64,000 nucleotides of DNA, taken from contig OZ249436.1 in the NCBI GenBank assembly GCA_965235115.1, positions 40,674,001-40,738,000 on the forward strand, given 5' to 3'. The translations under genes and the position numbers were made by a program. Source of the stretch: Laetmonice hystrix (lineage: Eukaryota). The notes under the pieces were generated by a model. The model was not told the DNA's origin. It saw only the letters and a program-made list of their open reading frames with translations, and did no database searches. Below are positions 52,901 through 64,000 of the stretch, in pieces (positions within the stretch are counted from its first letter, which is position 1; the number at the start of each line of letters is the position of its first letter).

Positions 52901-54752
52901 AAGCTGCCATGTTGTTAACGCTAATCTTTATCCTTGGCTGTCTACATTTTTTCCTGTGTTTTCCCTGCAGGGATTTTTTTTAGTCATTTTCCCTGTTTCC
53001 CCTGTGCTGTGGTCACCCTGTAATCGTGTCACCACATCTCGTATATATAGGTCAAAGAACTTTTCAACAACCAATCATCCGTCTTCTTTCATACACTGCA
53101 AACATGCCTTAGTGATCTTGAGTTGTCAGGGGCATCGCGCATCGTAGGAATGACTGGCAGCGGTGAGCGTGGGAGAATGCTTACAGAGTGTAGTGGGACC
53201 GCGATTTGTTTTGATATAAGATCTGGCCGCACATTTGTCAGAACCTTCCATATTACCTGACTTTCTATCCATTCCAGGTGCATTAACAATTATTTACTAC
53301 ATCAAAACAGATGCCTTAAAAGTATAATTTAAAGCCCATCACTTTTTCCAGGTACAAAATCAATTTTCCTGACTATCCTGGCTTTTCCAGTTTCCATCCC
53401 CTAGGGCAACCCTCCTACTGCATTTACTGTTAGGGGCCGTTCAAAAATTACGTAACGCTCGGGGGTGGGTGGGTGTGTGTCCAAACATTATGGACAGTGC
53501 TGAAGTACCATTGCATTTGCAGAGCGTTACGGGGAGGGGGTGGGGGTCAGATTTGGCCCAAAATAGTGTTACATAATTTCTGAATGGCCCCTCAATCAAA
53601 ATTTTACAAAATGTAAATAAATCTATCATTTCATCATGCATTAACAACTGGAGGGGGGGGGGGGCATTTCTACAAAAACAAGTGCAGCTGTTTGGATTAA
53701 TTACCTGAGAATGCTGTTGGTAGGAACCACGATGGGGTGTCACTCCACAAACTAGGATGAGCCAGCGCTCTCTGGACGTCTTTCCATGGTGTTTTTGTTT
53801 TTTTTATGTGACTGTACAACTCTTGCAAATGGCCATTCCTGAGTTGGCCTGGAACCACCTTCTCCAGATCATACAAGAAAGCGCTTGATTTAATGCCAAG
53901 GGCGTCACAGAATGGCCCAAGACTGTCAAACTCCATCTACAAAAAAGGCCCCAAAAAATTAGATTTCTATTTCATAATACACTTTGATATCTTGTCTTTT
54001 AACTTGTATTATTGTTTTTTTATGCCACTGGATACGCCAAAGTTGCATTTGATAAAATGTTTTCCTAAACAATTCCACATTTTTGTGTGGCCTAATCTCC
54101 ACAAGCACAACAAAGAAATTACGCTATTTTTGTTTCAAAGAAAAGCCAATATTTTGGCAAATATCCCAAATATACCGCAAATATGACAATATTTAAGTCA
54201 TTTAGTTATCCTTCTTTAATACTACATGCACAACCACTACCGATGGCGAACGTAGAAGGCAGATTGCGTTGGATTACATAATGACATACAGGCATAGCTT
54301 TAACAGGCAGGCTGAGCGCCGCCATCTTGGAAAATCCAGGTCTCGCATAAAATTTTCCGGGAACCGTAGCTCGGCTCAGCAAGCACCAATTTTGACAAAA
54401 TTAGTGTCAAAATAATATGAAAAACATAATCTTTAAGCTGCAGCTGAGTTTTATTGCACTGCTTCAAGCCTTACCTTAGATATTCTTTGTTGAAGTTGAA
54501 CAATGTGGCGCCAGGCAGCTCAACCAGCCCCACCACACTCGATCTTCCGGTAAAAGTCACATGATCGTTCTCAAAGTCTTGATTGGTAGAAACATGCCCT
54601 ACTTTTAGACAGTAGGTAAACAAACACACAGGCCACGCCAATTTATTTGTTTATGTACATTCACGCCGACCGCAAGAGCAGACACGGATTGCCATTGACG
54701 CGCAAGCGGGACAGTAACGTCACAACGCCCCTAGCGGATTTGCGGGTCCCTA
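46959..54752 (-). mobile_element. Inner, complete 7794-bp copy of the same hAT-type transposon
   Basis: Termini are TAGGGAC (46959) and GTCCCTA (54752), flanked by GCGTTGG at 46952-46958 and 54753-54759. The only difference from the outer copy that I found is one extra G in a homopolymer near 53655. Confidence 0.92.
48417..54325 (-). CDS. hAT-type DDE transposase of the inner copy, ~1017 aa; exons 54325-54290 (tentative), 53936-53705, 52808-52077, 51377-51222, 51115-51011, 50720-50576, 50186-50054, 49931-48417
   Basis: GT-AG exons with consistent phases give an uninterrupted ORF. Candidate catalytic motifs are LTLKYDGTTK (D), NTMTDRC (D), FRCAAHPL (CxxH), GNRFNILF and SATNMSGERVFG (E). The N-terminal region has a basic coiled coil. 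The 36-nt first exon (MAALSLPVKAMP|gtatgt) is inferred; without it the protein starts at 53936 (1005 aa). Confidence 0.85.
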
Positions 54753-55549
54753 GCGTTGGATTACATAATGACATACAGGCATAGCTTTAACAGGCAGGCT
54801 GAGCGCCGCCATCTTGGAAAATCCAGGTCTCGCATAAAATTTTCCGGGAACCGTAGCTCGGCTCAGCAAGCACCAATTTTGACAAAATTAGTGTCAAAAT
54901 AATATGAAAAACATAATCTTTAAGCTGCAGCTGAGTTTTATTGCACTGCTTCAAGCCTTACCTTAGATATTCTTTGTTGAAGTTGAACAATGTGGCGCCA
55001 GGCAGCTCAACCAGCCCCACCACACTCGATCTTCCGGTAAAAGTCACATGATCGTTCTCAAAGTCTTGATTGGTAGAAACATGCCCTACTTTTAGACAGT
55101 AGGTAAACAAACACACAGGCCACGCCAATTTATTTGTTTATGTACATTCACGCCGACCGCAAGAGCAGACACGGATTGCCATTGACGCGCAAGCGGGACA
55201 GTAACGTCACAACGCCCCTAGCGGATTTGCGGGTCCCTAACAGAGGCGCCCGGCAAGGCCAAGGGTATTTGAGTGGAGTGAGGGGCAGTGTTAATTTTAT
55301 ATTTTTACTTTGACTACACTGTTACGTATATATAGGCCTATGTCTGCATTTCCACAATTAGATCTACCACTGATTAAAAGCTCTAAATATGTACTGATTT
55401 CCATGAAACCATCCAAATCAAGCCGCTCACAGTAACTGCCGCTCACACAGTGGTAGTCCAGGAACCTAGACCCTGTTTCTGCTAGTTTGTTGTCAACAGG
55501 GTCTAGGAGTTAAGCTTTCAGTTTCAAATCCAGTGGCACCTTGCCACGC

Positions 55550-55976
55550 CGGTCCCAGGACGTTTCGAGCGCGTACCAGTTCGAGCGCCGCTCCATTGCC
55601 AGTTCGAGCGCGAACCAGTTTGAGCACCGACCAGTTGAGCGGGCCTCCGTCGGCGGAGCCGCCCGCGTGCTATGCCCGCTCGTCGGGGGTAGATTTCGAT
55701 CGAGACCGCTGAGCGCGGCCAGTTGAGCGCGGCCCCGTTCGAGCGGCCGTAGGGAGGACACTATCACTGTTGTGTTAGTGTCGCAATATGACTAATAGCC
55801 ACTAGTATCATCATATCATCATACGAAAGATAGGGATACAATTCTTGCTGACTTCTGAGAACGGAACTTGTGAAATACAGGCCGAGTTGTGAAATAGTCG
55901 CGCTCGAAGTGGTCGGCGTCGGCGCTCGAAGTGGCCGGCGCTCGAAGTGGTTCGCGCTCGAAACGTCCAGACACCG
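55550..55976. mobile_element. GC-rich MITE-like element with inverted subrepeat arrays
   Basis: GGACGTTTCGAGCGCG at the left end and CGCGCTCGAAACGTCC at the right end, with repeated TTCGAGCGC units. Confidence 0.7.
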
Positions 55977-56092
55977 TCTCGCCTACCCCCGTGGCAAACT
56001 TCACCGGCTTCACTCAATCACTACGACTGACTCATTACACTAACTGACTCTACCCGTGACAGCAGACACCTTTTTCTCTCTCTTCACACCAT

Positions 56093-56645
56093 TATTATAC
56101 AAATATTGGATGGCGGCGAGTCCACTATACAGTTTACGGGACGAAGAAAAGCGATAATGGACGAGGCGAAGCCGAGTCCATTATCGCTTTTCAGAGTCCC
56201 GTAAACTGTATAGTGGACGAGCTGCCATCCAATACTTGCTATATTATACACCTATAGAATATAGGGCCTAAGTAAAATATTGATAATCCCATATATAAAT
56301 AAAGTCGAGAACACCCGCTTATGAAAATTATGTAGGTTAAACTTTAATGAACACATTTTCTGTAACCATGGTCAATGTTACAATTGGACACATTAACTTT
56401 AGAACTCCATTAACTAGTTACTATAGTTAAATTCATCTTATCTTATCCATCTTATCATCTAGAATTAGCCTGGGCAGCCGGGCAGGACTGCTCTTATCAT
56501 TTAGATCTACTTTGACGTCGTCTCTATGGTTTCCAGAGCGAACCGTCCAATATCATATTTTACCATCCAATATCAAAATTTTCGGGACGGTCACGTGGTA
56601 CAAATGGACCAATCAGATTGCTTAGCTGGGCCAGGTGTATAATAT
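56093..56645 (-). mobile_element. Second copy of the 2931-3476 repeat, in opposite orientation
   Basis: Reverse complement of 2931-3476 with a few small indels and substitutions. Confidence 0.8.
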
Positions 56646-56689
56646 TGGGGTATGTTGATTAATACTGAGTTCGTGTGCGGCTGTCGTTT

Positions 56690-57626
56690 GCAACCCTCTC
56701 TGAAATCGTCGATGAATCTGTCGCCATCTTGATTCGAATTTGGTTAGAATTTGACGTCATGGGCATGTTTCTGGTAAAAGTGGAATCGCAATGGGAAGTG
56801 AACAGCACTACGCTGGCTGGGAATCTGCGTGGTTCGTTCCGCCTGGCGGCCACATAACAATTCATATGTTCATGACCAATCGGTCAATCCAACATGGCTA
56901 TACTTCCGTTCGAAGGTTGTGTGTGCAAAGAGAACAGGCAAAACCGTGCACAAAAGTATGCTTTATAAAGACCACAACGCAACACATCACCGTGAATCAT
57001 ACATTAATATCTTTTGTATCTACTTGGCAAGTTTTACCACCCGGAGTGATCCCAAAAGGAAGTTATCAGTCGCCGAATGACGCGAACCCCGGTCACTCGA
57101 ACGTTCAATGTGGTTGCCACGCGCTTTTTCGATTCAACTGCCAGAGTCTGATACAGACCACATATCAGATATCAGACTCTGGCTTGTTGGAGTAACACAG
57201 TGGCTGACGCTCACAGTGACTGGATACCGCCGGGTAGGCACCGTGCCCCAGAACTGGCAGAAGCACTCGACTACGCGGCTAGCACTGCTTCTTTGACTTG
57301 AGCAATACCTGTGGCTGCATACCTGACTTCCCGAGAAGAAGTTCTATGTTGAACAGTTTGTTAATGCTTTACTTAAGTCCTTCACTGCTTCAGTCCTTCA
57401 TTCATTTGTCTAAGACCTTGGATGACAGCTCACAATAACAACCGGGTCACGTTTGATGTCCTTGACTTTTACTGTAATACTACTTCCGGGTTAAATTTAG
57501 CCAAGGAGAAAGACGCTTTTACTGGTACAGTTTATGTTAGCTCGATTTTCATTGGATAGCATCCATAATAATGTGGTGGACGTGTGACCTACTTCTCTCT
57601 GGGATCGAGCTGACAGAAGCCGACAG
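56690..57626 (+). promoter_or_regulatory. Putative NCOA4 promoter and non-coding first exon ending at donor CAG|gtacgt (57626)
   Basis: CRE-like TGACGTCA near 56752, ETS-like ACTTCCGG near 57482, ATTGG at 57551 and a good donor at 57627. The first coding exon has acceptors at 58550 and 58560, upstream of its ATG. Confidence 0.4.
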
Positions 57627-58568
57627 GTACGTGAATATCAGGCAGGGTTATTTACAATTACGGCACATTTTGATGGTAGATTTTATTGCATTCAAAGATG
57701 GTATTGTACTTCATTATTTGATTGACCCATTTGGTGTATGTGAAGCCATAAGTGAGTATCAGAATGGTATTATCGAGATCAGTTGCTCGACTCGATTTAT
57801 GCAGATGTTGCATTGACATGGACATTGTGAATGTGATTGTTGGGCACAGTCGGCTGTGCGCCCCCCCCCCCCCTTTTGCCTTTGGCGGCTTTGGCTTTGA
57901 ATGAAACGGACACTTAATTGTCACAATAATCAAACCTGAAGAATTTACTTCAAAGAATATGTTCTTCGATGGCTTTTGAGGCAGTGCTAGTCTACTCGTT
58001 TAAACTTCAAGGAAACGTATGCCCAGCCAAACGAGATTGTTGCAGAATGGGAAGCCACAACTACTGAACTAGTGAACTACTAGAATCGACCTAACTCGCT
58101 TGATTCGAGTTGAAAACCAGTCAAACTAAATTGAGGCTGACATATGATACACAGCGAACCGGATACTCTGGTTTAGGGAGTGGGGTCTTTTTCCTGACAT
58201 TGCAGAAATTATGCAAAAGTAAACATTTTCATTGGAATTACATCCTGTTCTCATAACTACATATAAACAGAACTGGAGCTGATATTCTTTTTCAATGTAC
58301 CGTACATAACAGTGGGAGAAAAGCGAATACTGGACTTTACTTTGTTGGGACTTTGTACTACTACTACTACTAGTACCAGCTCTACTCACTGTCACTAGAT
58401 TATAGTGGCCAGATCTAGATTATCCCAACAAGGTAATTATAGATTAGATAAAAATAAGAGTAAGAGGTTCTCGTCCCAGATTATGTTCTTGACCTCAAAA
58501 GTGATATGGTGGAAGGTATTTAAAGTTGAATTGTTCCTTCTCTATGCTAGGTCTGTTCAGGTGTCACC

Positions 58569-61500
58569 ATGGCCAAGGAACACCAACATCTAGTGGTGGA
58601 GACAAAACGGCAGATCTATCAACTTGAAGATGCTCTGAAAACCATCCACTCAACTAAGAGGAACCTGAAGGATAATGTACAGGAGGTGAGCAAATGTAAA
58701 AATAGAAATGATATAAACAGATACTGTGGAAAAAGCTGCTTTTTTTATTTTAAGATCAAGGGCCCATATCATACTATATGACTTCCCCAAACATGAAACA
58801 GATTTTTGAGGGCATCATCGACAGTTGTTGTCCATATTTAAGAATGAAAATGACAGGATCATGTCTTATTATTGGATCAGCTGATTTGACCTAAGTTGTA
58901 ACATACAACACATGCACATAGTCATGGTAACTTAGATAAGAAATATTTATTGTATCTAGATCTTCAATCTGAGATCATTCACAATTCAAAAATTTGTCAG
59001 TTTGGCCTGTTTCTCACATATTGAAGGGCCTTACCCAAGTGTTTTTGGTTCCTTTGCCACAGCCTGGAGCCAAATGGACATTTGGCCATCAGGCCGAGTT
59101 TGTTGTGATGGACATCTGAGTTGGTGTTTGGTGGAAACCTCTTCATGATTCTTTTCTTTTCTTTACAGGTGAAAGGTCAAATTCGTGCTGCTGTGTCTCG
59201 CCAACTTGAAAGTCTGCGTAACAGGGAAGTTTGGCTCCTTGGACAGGTGGACATTCTGGAAGCAGCGAAAGATCAAATATTCAGGGATCAGGAGGATCAA
59301 CTCCACCATACCATTGGCTCACTCACAAACTCGCTGGAGTACTCGGAAACCGATGATGATGGACTTCACCTCAATGGGAAACTCTCGGAAAGTCTGGAAA
59401 AGTAGGTTACTCTGTAGCAAGTGGAAGGACCGAAGGAGGTTACCTGAGGTCATGGAGAAATTCTTTTTTTAAAATGTGGGTCGTCGTAGTCTTCCAGAAC
59501 AGAACAGAACTGTTTTACTTTGAAATGTATTATGGATGCCACTATTAAAGATCTTGAAGCATCAATCTTGAGTTTAGAGTACATGTACATACACATAATT
59601 AAGAAAGTACCTTTGAAGACTGAAATCTGAGTGTCAAAATGTCAGCTTTAAATAGTACAAAGGAAGGTAAGGAATGGTTTACAGTGTGATGGTTTGGTAA
59701 AATGATATTGGCCCCAAGTAACAAAACTCAACTTTTAAAATACTTTCGCTTATGGTTTGAACCTGAACTTTGGGACTTTTAACATGGTGTCGCTGGGGTT
59801 CACAGCTAAGTAGCTGAGAAATTTTTCATGTCCCTTTAAGGTTCTTGAAATGTGATTTTGAATTTCATTTTGACTTTTTCTTATTTCAGACTGACCAGCC
59901 TAGAAATACGACCATTAGAAACAGCCTGTTTAAGATTCCGTGCTGACCCAAGTAGTCTTCGCAGCGCTATCCATTCGTTTGGTAGAGTGGACTCGAAGGG
60001 CGTACCACTGGAAGGTGCCTTTGTTCATCCAGGTCAAACATCATCAACTAGTTTACCACAGACGTTTGAGGACTATGGCGATGCAGAACACCACGTGTTG
60101 TACAAAACTCTGGAGGATGTTAAGAAAGAGAAACATAATGATGATAGTGTAAGTGTACTGCATGACATAAATTTGAAAACAAAAAAACTGATAGAAATTG
60201 AACATTTTATCCTTTGGTGCATAATTAAAAACTTGGATTATAGTCTGTGGCTTGAACATGTTTGTTGACAGATTCAGGTGAGCATCCCGCGTCTTGGCAA
60301 GCCTCTCGCTGAGTGGTTGGCATGGACTCCCGCCACCACGCCGTCTCCGACTCCAACACCCACTCACCCCGCGACATTTGCCTTTCCTCCGTTTACGGGT
60401 GTGGATGTAGCCCAAGCGTCCGTCACCAGCCTCCACCAGTGGTTGGCTGACCTAAAGCATGGCGCAGAGCCAGAGGATGATGAGGACTTTGAACTGATTA
60501 ACCCAAGTCGACATCACACAAGTGAGTAATACTTTAGTGGATTGTAAGATTGGTCCAGATACAAATAAAGATCTTAGATAATAGATAAAGAGGTGCCTGA
60601 GTCTGGATGGTTTGGTAAAAAAAAACTGGCACACTGAATAATACTTTCTGCAGGCCATATTAAACATTCATCCAATGACTGTCTTCTTGTTGTAATATTA
60701 CCTTATTGAACTGTTAACATTTGAAAGTTTCAGAGAGTTCTTCCATAGAGATGCTACAGATGCCAGAAGTAGGTGTGCAGGGGGAAGAAAAGATGTCCAT
60801 CCTGAAGTATTTCCATGACATGACCCAGGTACCGAACAGGTACTGGTTGTCTGTTGGCCCTGTCACCTCAGCTTGGGAACGTGATGAGATCGACAGATCA
60901 TCCCAGATGTTGGCCTACTTCAGAGATGTCATGACAAGTACAGAGAAATGGCTGACTGACTTCCGTAACCAGGTAAGTCGTGTTTTTTATATATCAAGAA
61001 TCTTCAAGTGATTTGGTAGATCAGTTTTAGAATATTCACAGAAAATGACCAGTTCAGTGCCAGGATGAATGTCATAGTTGTGTTTTATGTAAGGAAAACC
61101 CCATGTTTAACACAATTCTCTCTTAAATAGTTTATTGATAGTTCTAATGCAGCTTAGACAGCTTGAGGTAATTAAGGCAGTCTAATAGGTGCTCAGGGAA
61201 AAGCATACCGGAGAGGATAAAAGACAAGGACTCCTCTGATGTTATTGGTTTTTTACAATCATTGTAAATACATTAAACCTCTACATATGTCAGGTTCTCA
61301 GCAGACTGACGGAATTTCATGATTTATAACTTGTGAAATAGAATCGTTTATTTAATTGAATCAGTTGGGATCTACACATGTCAATGTGGCCAGCAGATAT
61401 TTTGTGAGATTTTTTGTAATTTGCATGAGATCGTACCAGATGTATTCAGTTGATCATGCCTTGGTTGTCCTCGATTGCAGCATGAGCCAGCGGGCAGTTG

Positions 61501-62878
61501 TCGCCGAGGTGTCTGCAGTTCTAGTGATGACTGGGTAGATATTGAGAACCTGGCCACCCTGGGTTGTATGGATAACCATAGTGTACCTCAAGTCCCGAAC
61601 GTCAAGTCCACATCTTCTGCCGTGTGGCTGGCCAAGACGGAGGATGAAGACGAGAAGGAAATTGATGAGAAAGAGGTTATCACAACAATGTGTCGGGCCA
61701 ATGAGGTGTGCGGCTCATTCAGTGAATGCGTGTGCGAAGAAAACTGCAGCCGGTCCAACAGTACCAGCACCAACTCCACTGCCAACAGTAGTCCACTGCA
61801 CCAGACCATTCAGCACGACGACATGTTCAGTCACGTGTCTTCCAGTATAAGAGACTGGCTTGCCGTCGCAAACACCGCAGGGAAATCTCTCGATGGAGAC
61901 ATCCAGCAGCAGGGATCTACTTGTAAAGACATATTGCCATGTGTCCCGCTCAAGTTGCAGCACTGGTTGAAAACCTCGTCGAGCCCAGCCGTCATGGCGG
62001 ATGTTCTTGAATCCCCACTGCTCTCATATTTCCAGACCCTGCCCAAGGTGTACACCCAATGGTTGGCCGACGCCGACACTTGCGTCGAGCCTACCTCACC
62101 AGTTGGAACCTGTGCATCTTCGGCATTGTTCCCAGTGTTCACCTCGAGTCAGTACACTGATAACTCAGATTGGCTGGCCCTGCCCACACCGTTCATTCAA
62201 CCGTTGGAGGAACCAAACACCATGGCAGTCGATGCCCACATGGCGCATGTCAATGCTCGACCTGTGTCGTTTTGGCTCAGGGGAGCAAGATCTGCTTCGG
62301 TGCCTGCTCCATCGAGCCGAACCACACAGGACCTCACCAGCCATGATTTCCGCTGCCTACCTCTTACTGACGAACTTCACCACTGGCTCAGGGAGTCTGA
62401 ACCACAGAAAGAGTTCAGTTCCCAAAAGTTGTCGTTTGTAACCTCCACAAGGGCAGACGATCCCATGTCTGACTGGCTGCTCCCTGAAGCTGAACCAAGC
62501 TCAAACACTGACCAGTTGAAAAAAGCACCTTCGCCAACCCCAGAAATCACCGTGTCCGTCCCCACAGACGACAAGCTGTGGTTACTGGGCAAGTCCCTTT
62601 GTGTCGACGAGGAAGTAGACCTGGACATGCCTTTAGTTTCGGAGACCGTTGCCGCATCTGTAAGTCAACTCTTTGGTAAGCTAGGTCTTGGTCACGGCCC
62701 GTGGCTGAAGGCTGGTGATAACCGGCACAGCATCGTAGAGAGTGCTGAAGATGAAGAAGATGACTCCCAGTGGCTGAAGAAGAAAGAGAAGCTGACTGAA
62801 AAACAAGATGGACTCTTCACGTGTTTTCAGCAGAAGGACCTGTCTGAGTGGTTGAACTCTAACCAGCTGAGTGCTTGA
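58569..62878 (+). CDS. NCOA4: Nuclear receptor coactivator 4 (ARA70, ferritinophagy receptor), ~833 aa, 6 exons: 58569-58685, 59169-59401, 59890-60148, 60272-60521, 60728(or 60734)-60972, 61481-62878
   Basis: VKGQIRAAVSRQLESLRNREVWLLGQVDIL, LEKLTSLEIRPLETACLRFRADPSSLRSAIHSFG and MCRANEVCGSFSECVCEENC match conserved blocks of vertebrate NCOA4. Splice phases are consistent throughout. Confidence 0.92.
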
Positions 62879-62998
62879 TGACAACCCACACATAGGACGG
62901 TACATAATAGGGGATTAGGGAATCTAAACACGGTTTGTTTACTGCTAATGGCCTGAGATGGTGGATCATCTGAACACGGTATCATGTTGACGGCTAAT

Positions 62999-63252
62999 CT
63001 GCCGTGAAATGACAAAAGGAAGCATGTCCAACTTTCATCAAAATCGATTTAAATTAAGTGTAAATTTGGATTCAGGGAAGTAAGCCCTATCTATCAATGG
63101 ATGTATTTCTGTAAAACATCCGTCTATGAAGCTATCAGTCACATGACAGAAGGAAGCATGTCCATCCAACTGCACTGTAGAGACAACTTGTTTATGTCCA
63201 TTTCTCGAAACTTGAACTTTTGGACTTGCTTCCTTTTGTCATTTCACGGCAG
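62999..63252. mobile_element. 254-bp MITE downstream of the NCOA4 stop
   Basis: Terminal inverted repeat CTGCCGTGAAATGACAAAAGGAAGCA...TGCTTCCTTTTGTCATTTCACGGCAG, with TAAT on both sides. Confidence 0.8.
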
Positions 63253-64000
63253 TAATGGCCTGAGATAGTGGATCATCTGAACACAGTTTGTTTATGGCTA
63301 ATGGCCTGAGATAGTGGATCATCTAAACACGGTTTGTTTACGGCTAATGGCCTGAGATAGTGGATCATCTAAACACGGTTTGTTTACCGCTAATGGCCTG
63401 AGATAGTGGATCATCTAAACACGGTTTGTTTACCGCTAATGGCCTGAGATGGTGGATCATCTAAACACGGTTTGTTTACGGCTAATGGCCTGAGATGGTG
63501 GATCATCTAAACACGGTTTGTTTACCGCTAATGGCCTGAGATAGTGGATCATCTAAACACGGTTTGTTTACCGCTAATGGCCTGAGATAGTGGATCATCT
63601 AAACACGGTTTGTTTACCGCTAATGGCCTGAGATAGTGGATCATCTAAACACGGTTTGTTTACCGCTAATGGCCTGAGATAGTGGATCATCTAAACACAG
63701 TTTGTTTATGGCTAATGGCCTGAGATAGTGGATCATCTAAACACGGTTTGTTTACGGCTAATGGCCTGAGATGGTGGATCATCTAAACACGGTTTGTTTA
63801 CCGCTAATGGCCTGAGATAGTGGATCATCTAAACACGGTTTGTTTACCGCTAATGGCCTGAGATGGTGGATCATCTGAACACGGTTTGTTTACCGCTAAT
63901 TGCCTGAGATGGTGGATCATCTAAACACGGTTTGTTTACGGCTAATGGCCTGAGATAGTGGATCATCTGAACACGGTTTGTTTACCGCTAATTGCCTGAG
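63253..64000 (+). repeat. 46-bp tandem repeat, at least 16 copies, running off the window end
   Basis: Unit TAATGGCCTGAGAT(A/G)GTGGATCATCTAAACACGGTTTGTTTACCGC, starting at 63253, 63299, 63345, 63391 and onward. Confidence 0.97.

Larger units (their letters stand above)
39646..55239 (-). mobile_element. Outer copy of an autonomous hAT-superfamily DNA transposon (7-bp TSD, hATw-like), interrupted by the inner copy
   Basis: Termini are TAGGGAC (39646) and GTCCCTA (55239). The direct repeat ACAGAGG flanks it at 39639-39645 and 55240-55246. The body (39646-46958 plus 54760-55239) is 7793 bp. Confidence 0.9.

Noticed and set aside
39646..54272. Simple tandem duplication or assembly artefact
   Set aside because: The inner copy has both termini and its own 7-bp TSD, which a plain duplication would not create. 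Read-level confirmation is still needed.
102..63015. Most 60-135 aa ORFs in the supplied track
   Set aside because: They show no recognisable motifs or splice support, many start at GTG/TTG, and many are antisense or alternate frames of real exons.

Overview
This is animal genomic DNA, apparently from an invertebrate, with spliced genes. It carries four host genes, which I assembled exon by exon using splice phases. (1) A meteorin-like (METRNL) gene on the minus strand; only its first two coding exons are visible. (2) A complete 12-exon B3GNTL1/QTGAL gene (queuosine-tRNA galactosyltransferase) on the plus strand, head-to-head with METRNL as in human. (3) A complete 8-exon minus-strand gene for a 303-aa, probably myristoylated CHP/calcineurin-B-like EF-hand protein fused to a C-terminal death domain. 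(4) A complete NCOA4 gene (ferritinophagy receptor) on the plus strand. Between genes 3 and 4 lies what looks like a 7.3-kb tandem duplication. It is really a ~7.8-kb autonomous hAT-type transposon inserted into a near-identical copy of itself, with a 7-bp target-site duplication (TSD) at each insertion. Its intact ~1,000-aa spliced transposase ends in what appears to be a Spindlin (Spin/Ssty)-like Tudor domain. The window also holds tandem repeats built from QTGAL splice junctions, a 46-bp satellite and several MITEs. All family assignments come from remembered sequences, not database searches.
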